A stretch of 16,249 bases of DNA. Source: Candidatus Sericytochromatia bacterium. GTDB lineage: Bacteria; Cyanobacteriota; Sericytochromatia; S15B-MN24; JAQBPE01. The notes beneath the pieces are model-generated. The model made no database searches, was not told where the DNA came from, and was given only the letters and a program-made list of their open reading frames with translations. The stretch lies in the NCBI GenBank assembly GCA_035285125.1, contig JAYKHR010000082.1, forward strand, positions 1-16,249, written 5' to 3'. The translations under genes were made by a program, and so were the position numbers. Positions 7,166 through 16,249 of the stretch are shown one piece after another. Position 1 is the first letter of the stretch, and every line of letters begins with the position of its first letter.

Positions 7166-8215
7166 ATGTCGCTCACCCACCGTCAGCAGGCCATCCTGAA
7201 AGCCCTCATCGAGGACTACATCCTGACCGCCGAGCCGGTGGGCTCCCGCGTGCTGGCGAAGAAGTTCGCTTTCGGGTTGTCACCCGCCACGCTCCGCAAC
7301 GAGATGGCCGACCTCGAGGACGAGGGGTTGCTCCGCCAGCCCCACACCTCGGCCGGCCGGATTCCCTCTGATGCCGGCTACCGCGTCTTCGTCGACGGGT
7401 TGATGGACCGCCACGGAGAGCTGTCAGCCGGCGACCTCGGCGAGCTGTCCCGCGTGACGTTCGACGAGCGGGACCTCTATGAGATCCTGCAGCAGGCTGC
7501 CCGCGCCACGGCGGTGCTGGCGCAGTGTACGGCGATCGTGCGAGCCCCGCGCCAGCATGTGGCCAGGGTGCAATACCTGCAGCTCGTGTCGCTCGGCCCC
7601 CGGGAGGTGATGGTCGTGGTCATCACGGACCGCGGGCGCACCCTCAACCGGCGGGTCGCGTTGCCCACCGAGATGGCCGAGGACGAGCTGGCCACCCTCA
7701 CGTCGATGCTCAACCACCACCTGCGCGGCCAGGCACTCGACGGGCTCACTGGAAGCCTGCTCGACCGCCTGCTGGAGGAGACGCGGCAGTACGAGGCCTT
7801 CCTCGCGGCGCTTTGGGAGCGGATCGCCACCCATCCCGATCGGGATGAACGGGTGTTCGTCGCCAACGCGAGCTTCCTCGCCCAGCAGCCCGAGTTCGGG
7901 GAGATGGACAAGATCCGCTCGCTGCTGGCCTTGTTGGAGCGGGAGCAGGCCCTCGCCGACATGATGGCGCGCGTGAGCCCCCTCGGCGCGCTGCCGACGA
8001 CCCGCGTGGCCATCGGGCATGAGAACCCCCTTGTGGACCTGCACGAGTGCAGCGTGGTGATGGCGCCCTACGCCGTGGGCGGCCAGGTGGTGGGCGAGAT
8101 TGGGGTGATGGGCCCCACCAGGCTCGGGTATCCTCGTGCAATCGCAGCCGTGGAAGCGATGGCCCGCCACCTGAGCCACCACCTCACGCGGGTGTTCGGA
8201 TACAGGGCCCCCTGA
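7166..8215 (+). CDS. hrcA: Heat-inducible transcription repressor HrcA (349 aa)
   Basis: MSLTHRQQAILKALIEDYILTAEPVGSR...SPATLRNEMADLE..GLLRQPHTSAGRIPSDAGYRVFVD and C-terminal IGHEN...CSVV...IGVMGPTRL.Y. Start placed at ATG 7166 because the track's 7121 start overlaps the promoter and CIRCE. Confidence 0.96.
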   Translation: MSLTHRQQAILKALIEDYILTAEPVGSRVLAKKFAFGLSPATLRNEMADLEDEGLLRQPHTSAGRIPSDAGYRVFVDGLMDRHGELSAGDLGELSRVTFDERDLYEILQQAARATAVLAQCTAIVRAPRQHVARVQYLQLVSLGPREVMVVVITDRGRTLNRRVALPTEMAEDELATLTSMLNHHLRGQALDGLTGSLLDRLLEETRQYEAFLAALWERIATHPDRDERVFVANASFLAQQPEFGEMDKIRSLLALLEREQALADMMARVSPLGALPTTRVAIGHENPLVDLHECSVVMAPYAVGGQVVGEIGVMGPTRLGYPRAIAAVEAMARHLSHHLTRVFGYRAP

Positions 8216-8303
8216 GCAAATTGACGCCAGAGTATGATAGGATGACGTGTTTCAGTTTCGCCCCGACGACCGCGCCCCTTCGCGTGACCATTGGAGTCCC
8301 CAC

Positions 8304-8990
8304 GTGAACGTCGACGAGATCCCAGCCCCGGACACCACCGCGCCCTCCCCTCAGGAAGGCAGCGAGACCCGTCCTGCCTCCAGCCAGGCAGCCGAGGCCG
8401 CCACGGCATCCGACCCCAGCCCGTTGCTCGCCCGGGTGGCGGAGCTCGAGGCCCAACTCGCGGCCCGCGACGAGGCCTTCCTCGAACTCAAGAGCCACGC
8501 GACCCGGCTGGCTGCCGACTTCGAGAACTCTCGCCAGCGGTGGACCCGCGAGAAGTCCGAGCTCATCAAGAGCGCCGGCGAACGCGTCGTGGAGCAGTTC
8601 CTCGACGTGCTCGACAACTTCGAGCGGGCCATCCAGATCGGTGAGCGCGCCACCGAGCCACAGCAGGTGCTGACAGGCGTCCAGATGATTTACAAGCAGG
8701 TCCTCGACTTCCTCGCCAAGGAGGGCGTCGCGCCCATGAACGCGGCGGGCAAGCCGTTCGACCCGAACCACCACGAGGCCGTGGTGCAGGAAGAGAGCGA
8801 GGAGCACCCCGACCAGACGGTGCTCGACGAGTTCCGCAAGGGCTACCTGCTCAACGGCAGGGTGCTGCGCCATGCCCTCGTGAAGATCGCCAGCAACCCC
8901 TCCGTGCCTTTCTTGCCGGCAGCTGCGGCCGAAGGCGCCCCAGAGCAGTCCCCCCCCAGCGAACCGGCTGCGCCCGATTCTGCATCCTGA
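8304..8990 (+). CDS. grpE: Nucleotide exchange factor GrpE (about 228 aa)
   Basis: [54 protein letters not shown] at 8304 is preceded by GGAG (8293-8296). Position between hrcA and dnaK fits. Confidence 0.95.
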   Translation: MNVDEIPAPDTTAPSPQEGSETRPASSQAAEAATASDPSPLLARVAELEAQLAARDEAFLELKSHATRLAADFENSRQRWTREKSELIKSAGERVVEQFLDVLDNFERAIQIGERATEPQQVLTGVQMIYKQVLDFLAKEGVAPMNAAGKPFDPNHHEAVVQEESEEHPDQTVLDEFRKGYLLNGRVLRHALVKIASNPSVPFLPAAAAEGAPEQSPPSEPAAPDSAS

Positions 8991-9018
8991 GACAACAAAC
9001 CTAAGGAGTTCCCAATCC

Positions 9019-10911
<1,893 letters not shown>

Positions 10912-10997
10912 GACTTCTCGGCGCGCGCGGGGGGCCTGCGCGCGCCCACCCCAGCCGGCCCGGGCGTCGCCCGGGCCGACGATTCGGTCGGTGACCC

Positions 10998-12119
10998 ATG
11001 AAGCAAGATTTTTACGAGGTCCTGGATCTCCGCAAGGGCGCTAGCGAAGACGAGATCAAGAAGGCCTACCGGCGCTTGGCCCGGAAGTACCACCCGGACG
11101 TGAACAAAGACGCCGGCGCCGAGGAAAAGTTCAAGGCTGTCTCGGAGGCCTACGAGGTGCTCGGCGACGCCCAGAAGCGCGCGATGTACGACCAGTACGG
11201 GCACGCGGCGCCGGGCTTCGAGGGTTTCCAGGGGGGCGGCGGCTTCGATGCGTCCAACCTGGGGGACATTTTCGAGGCCTTCTTCGGCGGCGGCCTCGGC
11301 GGCCGCCAGCGCCGCCGAGGGCCCGAGCGTGGCGCAGACCTGCGGCTCGACCTGGAGATCAGCTTCCGCGACGCGGTCTTCGGGGCCGAGAAGACCGTGG
11401 ACATCCGGCACTTGGAGGCCTGTGAGCCTTGCAGCGGCAGCGGCGCGAAGAAGGGCACCTCGGCCACCACGTGCGGCACCTGCAAGGGGCAGGGGCAGGT
11501 CCAGCAGATTGCCCGGACGCCCTTCGGCCAGTTCGCCCAGAGCACCATCTGCCAGCGATGCCGCGGGGAGGGGCAGGTCATCGAGACGCCGTGTCCGTCG
11601 TGCAAGGGTCAGGGCAAGCGCAATGCCGACAAGCAACTCAAGGTGAAGATCCCCCCGGGCGTGGACTCCGGGGCGCGCCTGCGCGTGTCCGCCGAGGGAG
11701 ATGCGGGAAGCCGCAACGGACCTCCGGGGGACCTCTACATCGTGCTCCACGCGGCCACTGACAAGCGGTTCGAGCGCCGGGACACGGAGCTCTTCGTGGC
11801 CGTGCCCATCTCCTTCGGGCAAGCCGCCCTCGGTGCCGAGATCGAGGTCGAGACGCTCGACACGCCCCAGACGCTCCGCGTGCCCGCCGGCACGCCCACC
11901 GGGACCTCGTTCACGCTGCGGGGCCTCGGCGTGCCCCACCTCGTCAGCCCGCAGCGGCGCGGCGATCTCCACGTCGAGGTGGTCGTGCAGGTGCCCACGC
12001 AAGTCTCCGATGAGGAGCGTGAGTTGCTCGAGCGCCTCGAAGAGCTTCGCACCGGCAAGAGTGATCGCCGCAGCCAGAGCGGGCTGCTCGACAACATCAA
12101 GAAGGCGTTCGGGGGGTAG
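10998..12119 (+). CDS. dnaJ: Chaperone DnaJ (class A)
   Basis: J domain with HPD, a G/F-rich linker, four CxxCxGxG repeats ([32 protein letters not shown]) and the C-terminal domain. Confidence 0.98.
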   Translation: MKQDFYEVLDLRKGASEDEIKKAYRRLARKYHPDVNKDAGAEEKFKAVSEAYEVLGDAQKRAMYDQYGHAAPGFEGFQGGGGFDASNLGDIFEAFFGGGLGGRQRRRGPERGADLRLDLEISFRDAVFGAEKTVDIRHLEACEPCSGSGAKKGTSATTCGTCKGQGQVQQIARTPFGQFAQSTICQRCRGEGQVIETPCPSCKGQGKRNADKQLKVKIPPGVDSGARLRVSAEGDAGSRNGPPGDLYIVLHAATDKRFERRDTELFVAVPISFGQAALGAEIEVETLDTPQTLRVPAGTPTGTSFTLRGLGVPHLVSPQRRGDLHVEVVVQVPTQVSDEERELLERLEELRTGKSDRRSQSGLLDNIKKAFGG

Positions 12120-12122
12120 GCG

Positions 12123-12803
12123 ATGGGGCCACTCGCTTGGCTGGAGGCGTTCCAAGCCGATGCCTCGGCCATCTGGGAAAAGGATCCCGCGGCTCGTCAC
12201 TGGGCCGAGGTCCTCACGTGCTACCCGGGCCTCCACGCCCTGGCGGCCCACAGGGTGGCGCACGACTTGCACCGGGCCGGCGTGCCCGTCCTGCCGCGCC
12301 TCCTCTCGCACGTCAACCGGTTCTTCACGGGCATCGAGATCCACCCCGGGGCCCGGATTGGCAAGGGCGTCGTGATCGATCACGGCATGGGCGTCGTGAT
12401 CGGCGAGACGGCCGAGGTCGGGGACGGCTGCCTGATTTACCAGGGCGTCACGCTCGGCGGCACGAGCTTGGAGCAACGGAAGCGGCACCCCACGATCGGC
12501 CGGAACGTGGTGCTTGGGTCTGGCGCCAAGGTGCTCGGCGCCTTCGACGTCGGCGAGGGTGCCTTCATCGGCTCCGGCTCCGTGGTCACCAAGCCCGTCC
12601 CGCCCGGCGCCACCGTCGTGGGCATCCCGGGCAAGGTCGCGGCCATCCATGGCGAGAAGGTCGCGCCCACACCCGACATGCAACAGAGCCTGCCTGACCC
12701 CATCATGGGGATCGTGGCCGCCATGCAAGACAGGCTGACCCAACTGGAGGCCGAGGTGGATCGGCTGCGCCAGGAGAACCGCGAGCTTCGGCGCGGCCCC
12801 TGA
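12123..12803 (+). CDS. cysE: Serine O-acetyltransferase
   Basis: DPAA...YPGLHAL..HR, TGIEIHPGARIG.GVVIDHGMGVVIGETAEVG, YQGVTLGGT...KRHPTIG, PPGATVVGIPGK, and a C-terminal LPDP plus coiled coil. Confidence 0.96.
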   Translation: MGPLAWLEAFQADASAIWEKDPAARHWAEVLTCYPGLHALAAHRVAHDLHRAGVPVLPRLLSHVNRFFTGIEIHPGARIGKGVVIDHGMGVVIGETAEVGDGCLIYQGVTLGGTSLEQRKRHPTIGRNVVLGSGAKVLGAFDVGEGAFIGSGSVVTKPVPPGATVVGIPGKVAAIHGEKVAPTPDMQQSLPDPIMGIVAAMQDRLTQLEAEVDRLRQENRELRRGP

Positions 12804-12841
12804 CCGGCCCTGCCGGCATCCCCCGGGGCCCCGGCGAGGCC

Positions 12842-12850
12842 TGATATAAT
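12842..12850 (+). promoter_or_regulatory. Extended -10 promoter (TGaTATAAT) upstream of cysS
   Basis: Perfect TGnTATAAT in the cysE-cysS spacer, about 35 nt upstream of the start codon. Confidence 0.7.
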
Positions 12851-12883
12851 GGCGCTGCCCCGTCTCGCCGCCCCAGGATGTCC

Positions 12884-14329
12884 ATGCTGCGCGTCTACAA
12901 CAGCCTCTCCCGGCAACACGAGCCCTTCGAGCCCCTGACGCCGGGTCGCGTCTCGATGTACGTCTGCGGCCCCACCGTGTATGGCCTGCTGCACATCGGC
13001 AATGCGCGCACGATCATGTTCTGGGACGTGGCCCGCCGCTACCTCGAGCACCGGGGGTACGCCGTTACCTACGTCCAGAACTTCACGGACATCGATGACA
13101 AGATCATCACGCGGGCCGCCGAGGAAGGCACGACGGCAGAGGCCATCGCGGCCCGTTACACCGAGGCCTACTTCGCCGACATGGACGCCCTCGGGGTGCG
13201 CCGCGCGACGGTCTACCCCAAGGCCACAGAAACGGTCGGCCAGATGATCTCCCACATCGAAGGCCTGATGGCGAAAGGGTTGGCCTATGCGGTGGATGGC
13301 GACGTCTACTACCGCGTTGCCGGCTTTCCCGCCTACGGTCGGCTGTCTGGCCGGACGACGGACGACAACGAAGCCGGGGCTCGCGTGGAGGTGGATGCCC
13401 GCAAGCAGGCTCCGGAGGACTTCGCTATGTGGAAAGCCGCCAAGCCGGGCGAACCCGCCTGGGACAGCCCCTGGGGGCCAGGGCGGCCCGGCTGGCACAT
13501 CGAGTGCTCGGCCATGGTCCGCCACATCCTGGGGGACACCATCGACATCCATGCGGGGGCCAAGGACCTCAAGTTCCCCCACCACGAGAACGAGATCGCG
13601 CAGTCAGAGGGCCTGACGGAGCAACCCTTCGTGCGGTACTGGATGCACACGGGGTTCCTCAACATGGGCAGCGAGAAGATGAGCAAGTCACTTGGCAACA
13701 TCCGCGCCGCCCGGGACGTCGTGGCAGCCTTCGGTGCCCAGGCCGTGCGCTTCTTCTTGCTCCAGACCGTCTATCGCAGCGACATGGACTTCAGCGAGGA
13801 CGCGGTGCGCGCCGCCGCCACGGGCCTCGGCAACTGGCGCGACACGCTCGCCCGGCTCGAGCGGGAAAGCTGCGCCGCGGACACCGGCGACGTGGCAGCG
13901 GCGGAGGCTCTGGCGGCAAGGGTCACGACGGCCTTCGACGAGGCCATGGACCAGGACCTCAACACGGCGGCAGCCCTCGCCGGCCTCAACGCGGTGACGC
14001 ACGAGCTGCGCCGCGAGCTGGCGGAGCAGGCGCGGGGCGGAGCAGCCCAGGTCTCCTTGCGGCCAGCGATCGCCCGCATCCGGGCCCTGGCGGACGAGGT
14101 GCTGGGGCTGGACCTGGCAGCGCCGGAGGCGCCGGCGCAGACCCTCGATGGCCAGACGGAGGCGCTGCTGACGCTCCTGATCGACATCCGCAGGGAGGCC
14201 AAGGCCCAGAAGAACTGGCCCCTTGCCGACCTCGTGCGCAGCCGGCTCGCCGCGCTGGACATCCGCCTCGTCGACCAGAAAGACGGCTCCACGACCTGGG
14301 AGGTCGCCACGAAGGTCGCCGCCACGTGA
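12884..14329 (+). CDS. cysS: Cysteine--tRNA ligase
   Basis: MYVCGPTVY..LHIGNAR, NFTDIDDKII, WDSPWGPGRPGWHIECSAM, FPHHENEIAQS, KMSKSLGN. ATG 12884 preferred (AGGA 5 nt upstream; MLRVYNSL matches the usual N-terminus). ATG 12878 is the alternative. Confidence 0.98.
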   Translation: MLRVYNSLSRQHEPFEPLTPGRVSMYVCGPTVYGLLHIGNARTIMFWDVARRYLEHRGYAVTYVQNFTDIDDKIITRAAEEGTTAEAIAARYTEAYFADMDALGVRRATVYPKATETVGQMISHIEGLMAKGLAYAVDGDVYYRVAGFPAYGRLSGRTTDDNEAGARVEVDARKQAPEDFAMWKAAKPGEPAWDSPWGPGRPGWHIECSAMVRHILGDTIDIHAGAKDLKFPHHENEIAQSEGLTEQPFVRYWMHTGFLNMGSEKMSKSLGNIRAARDVVAAFGAQAVRFFLLQTVYRSDMDFSEDAVRAAATGLGNWRDTLARLERESCAADTGDVAAAEALAARVTTAFDEAMDQDLNTAAALAGLNAVTHELRRELAEQARGGAAQVSLRPAIARIRALADEVLGLDLAAPEAPAQTLDGQTEALLTLLIDIRREAKAQKNWPLADLVRSRLAALDIRLVDQKDGSTTWEVATKVAAT

Positions 14330-14730
14330 CCTCAGCGACGGACTGGTCGCAGGCCCCCGTCCGCGCGCTGGCCTACTTGGGTGACGCGGTCTACGAGTTG
14401 CACGTCCGGGGCCTGGCCCTGCGCGAGGCCGCAGCCCAGGTCGAGGCCCTGCACAAGGCCACCGTTGCGCGCGTCAGCGCCCCGTCCCAGGCCCAGCTGG
14501 CGCAGCGGCTGCTGCCACACCTCTCCGAGCAAGAGGCCGCGATCTTCCGGCGTGGCCGCAACCACAAGGGCGCCAGCGGGCCACGGCACGCCTCGGCGCA
14601 CGACTATCGCCTCAGCACCGCCCTCGAGGCCGTGCTGGGGTACGTGTATCTCACCCAGGACGGTGACCGCCTCGCAGCGTTGCTCGCCCTGACCGACCAC
14701 CTGATGGAGGACACCCCCGATGCCCCGTGA
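14326..14730 (+). CDS. mrnC: Mini-ribonuclease III (134 aa)
   Basis: Real part of track ORF 13429..14730: ALAYLGDAVYELHVR...VSAPSQA...EAAIFRRGRN...YRLSTALEAVLGYVYL, an RNase III catalytic domain without dsRBD. GTG start overlaps the cysS stop (GTGA). Canonical cysS-mrnC-rlmB context. Confidence 0.92.
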   Translation: MTSATDWSQAPVRALAYLGDAVYELHVRGLALREAAAQVEALHKATVARVSAPSQAQLAQRLLPHLSEQEAAIFRRGRNHKGASGPRHASAHDYRLSTALEAVLGYVYLTQDGDRLAALLALTDHLMEDTPDAP

Positions 14731-15850
14731 ACGCGGCCCTCGCAGCGCCAAGCCCCCCGCCAAGCCAGCCCGTGCCGGAGGTGCCCGAACCCGCGACGAG
14801 CGCGCCGGGGCCCCCCCCAGGTCTGGCGGTGCCCGAACCCGCGACGAGCGTGCTGGCGCCCCCTCCAGGGCCGGTGGCGCCCGAACCCGCGATGTTCGAG
14901 CCGGGGCCCCCGCCAGGGCCGGCGGTGCCCGACCCCGCAACGAGGCTGCATCGGCTGACTTGGGAGGTCGGGCCGTGCCGAGCAAGGGGGCTGGCCCCCG
15001 GCCACACGGCCACGCACCTTCCCGAGCGGCCGACCGCGTGGAGCGCCAGGCCCCGGCACCCTCGCCTCGCCAGGCGAAGCAACCTGGGGATGAAGCACCC
15101 ACCCACGGTGGCGACATCGTTTACGGTCGCCACCCCGTGCTGGCTGCCTTGCAGGGGGAGCGGGCCGTCAACAAGGTCTGGGTTCTGCGGGACCTGCAAA
15201 ACCAGGCCCTGGTCGCCGAGGTCCGCCAGCTCGCAAAGGAGAAGGGTGCCAGCGTGCAGGTCGTCGAGCGCCCCAAGCTCGATGCCCTGACCCTCGACGC
15301 GAACCACCAGGGCCTGGTGGTCTCGCTGGCGGCAGCCAGCTATGTGGCACTCGAGGATCTGATGGAGCAGGCCATGGCGGCGGCCCACCCGGCGCTCCTG
15401 ATGCTCGACGGCATCGAGGACCCACAGAACCTCGGCGCGCTGATCCGCACGGCGGAAGGTGCTGGTTTCCAGGGCGTGATCATCCCGAACCGCCGCGCTG
15501 TGGGGCTCACGCCCGTGGTCGCAAAGGTCTCGGCGGGCGCCGTGGACCGCGTGCCCGTGGCCCGCACGGGCAACCTCTCCCAGGCGGCGGAGGCTCTGAA
15601 GGCGCGCGGGTTCTGGCTCGTCGGGGCCGATGCGGAGGGCGAGGCGCTGCCCTGGGAGCTGGATCTCCGGCGCCCCCTCGTGCTGGTGCTCGGGGCTGAG
15701 GGCAAGGGGTTGTCGCGGCTGCTGGCGACCCGCTGCGACCACCGTGTGCGGCTGCCCCTCGCGGGCGAGCTCGAGAGCCTCAACGCCTCAGCGGCGGGCG
15801 CCGTGTTGATGTACGAGGCCGTGCGCCAGCGGCCAGCCGGCACCCCATGA
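14720..15850 (+). CDS. rlmB: 23S rRNA (guanosine-2'-O)-methyltransferase RlmB (SpoU/TrmH family) with a long low-complexity N-terminal extension
   Basis: IVYGRHPV, NHQGLV, LDGIEDPQNLGALIRTAE, KVSAGA, LVLGAEGKGL, ESLNASAA...YE. SD GGAGG at 14706-14710 before ATG 14720. Confidence 0.94.
   Translation: MPRERGPRSAKPPAKPARAGGARTRDERAGAPPRSGGARTRDERAGAPSRAGGARTRDVRAGAPARAGGARPRNEAASADLGGRAVPSKGAGPRPHGHAPSRAADRVERQAPAPSPRQAKQPGDEAPTHGGDIVYGRHPVLAALQGERAVNKVWVLRDLQNQALVAEVRQLAKEKGASVQVVERPKLDALTLDANHQGLVVSLAAASYVALEDLMEQAMAAAHPALLMLDGIEDPQNLGALIRTAEGAGFQGVIIPNRRAVGLTPVVAKVSAGAVDRVPVARTGNLSQAAEALKARGFWLVGADAEGEALPWELDLRRPLVLVLGAEGKGLSRLLATRCDHRVRLPLAGELESLNASAAGAVLMYEAVRQRPAGTP
14777..14944 (+). repeat. 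48-nt in-frame tandem repeat, 3.5 copies (GGARTRDERAGAPxRx)
   Basis: Units start at 14777, 14825, 14873 and 14921 (partial) and share the core GCCCGAACCCGCGA (GCCCGACCCCGCAA in the last). Confidence 0.9.
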
Positions 15851-16249
15851 CCCGACCGGGCCGCGCGGGGCTGACGGCGCTGGGCTTGTTGCTGATTGCG
15901 GGCAGCCTGGTGGCCGCGCTCTGGCACTGGCGGCACCTGCTGCCCCACGCGAACGCCAGCAGGCTTTACGTCACGGATCCGGTCCGGGACCGGCTGCTGG
16001 TGGTCGATCTCGAGTCTGGCAAGGTACGCAAGGCGCTGGAGGTGGGGCGGCTACCCCACCAGATCTTGCAGGGCCCCCCTGGCCGGCTGTACGTGGTTGA
16101 AAGCGGCTCTCAGAGCGTGAGCGTCATCGACACGCGCGAGGACAAGGTGCTTCGCCAGGCCCCCGTCGGCCCCGTGCCGGACTTCCTGGCGCATCGGGCC
16201 GTCGGCGACACGGCCATCCGCGAGGCCCGGAGTTGCAAGGCCTGTCACC
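15847..16249 (+). CDS. Membrane-anchored or secreted YVTN/YncE-type beta-propeller protein with a CXXCH motif; truncated at the right edge
   Basis: Manual translation from ATG 15847 (ATGA overlap with the rlmB stop): MTRPGRAGLTALGLLLIAGSLVAALWHWRHLLPHANASRLYVTDPVRDRLLVVDLESGKVRKALEVGRLPHQILQGPPGRLYVVESGSQSVSVIDTREDKVLRQAPVGPVPDFLAHRAVGDTAIREARSCKACH. It has an N-terminal hydrophobic segment and two YVTN-like blades, and is open to the window end. Confidence 0.8.
   Translation, partial: MTRPGRAGLTALGLLLIAGSLVAALWHWRHLLPHANASRLYVTDPVRDRLLVVDLESGKVRKALEVGRLPHQILQGPPGRLYVVESGSQSVSVIDTREDKVLRQAPVGPVPDFLAHRAVGDTAIREARSCKACH

Noticed and set aside
8221..8238. TTGACG plus TATGAT as a canonical -35/-10 pair
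   Set aside because: The spacer is only 6 nt, incompatible with sigma70 geometry. Only the extended -10 reading was kept.
12804..12883. T-box riboswitch ahead of cysS or cysE
   Set aside because: The spacers (80 nt and 3 nt) are too short and contain no T-box (AGGGTGGNACCGCG-like) motif.
13429..14325. N-terminal 299 codons of track ORF 13429..14730, suggesting a large RNase III fusion
   Set aside because: This part is an alternate frame of cysS with Arg/Gly/Pro-rich shadow composition. Homology begins only at GTG 14326.
14777..14944. 48-nt periodic repeat as a mini-CRISPR array
   Set aside because: The whole unit is repeated with no unique spacers, it is in frame within rlmB with largely synonymous variation, and no cas genes are present in the window.

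Overview
GC-rich bacterial chromosomal window of mostly housekeeping genes. There is no mobile element, CRISPR array, tRNA or rRNA. In order: the 5' part of an RNase E/G gene on the - strand (absent from the ORF track because it runs off the left edge), with a long structured leader and divergent from ssb; a degenerate four-carbon acid-sugar kinase-like gene; a GT4 glycosyltransferase; a sugar-1-phosphate nucleotidyltransferase/phosphohexomutase-like fusion; a CIRCE-controlled hrcA-grpE-dnaK-dnaJ operon running directly into cysE-cysS-mrnC(Mini-III)-rlmB; and a truncated membrane-anchored or secreted YVTN beta-propeller gene with a CXXCH motif at the right edge (also absent from the track). 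Several proteins look cyanobacterial in type while the gene order resembles Firmicutes, which suggests (inference only) a deep Terrabacteria diderm such as a non-photosynthetic relative of Cyanobacteria. I cannot support a clear novel system. The best leads are the propeller-CXXCH protein, the probable pseudo-kinase, the rne leader RNA, the 48-nt coding repeat in the RlmB N-terminus and the apparent coupling of cysE to the HrcA operon.
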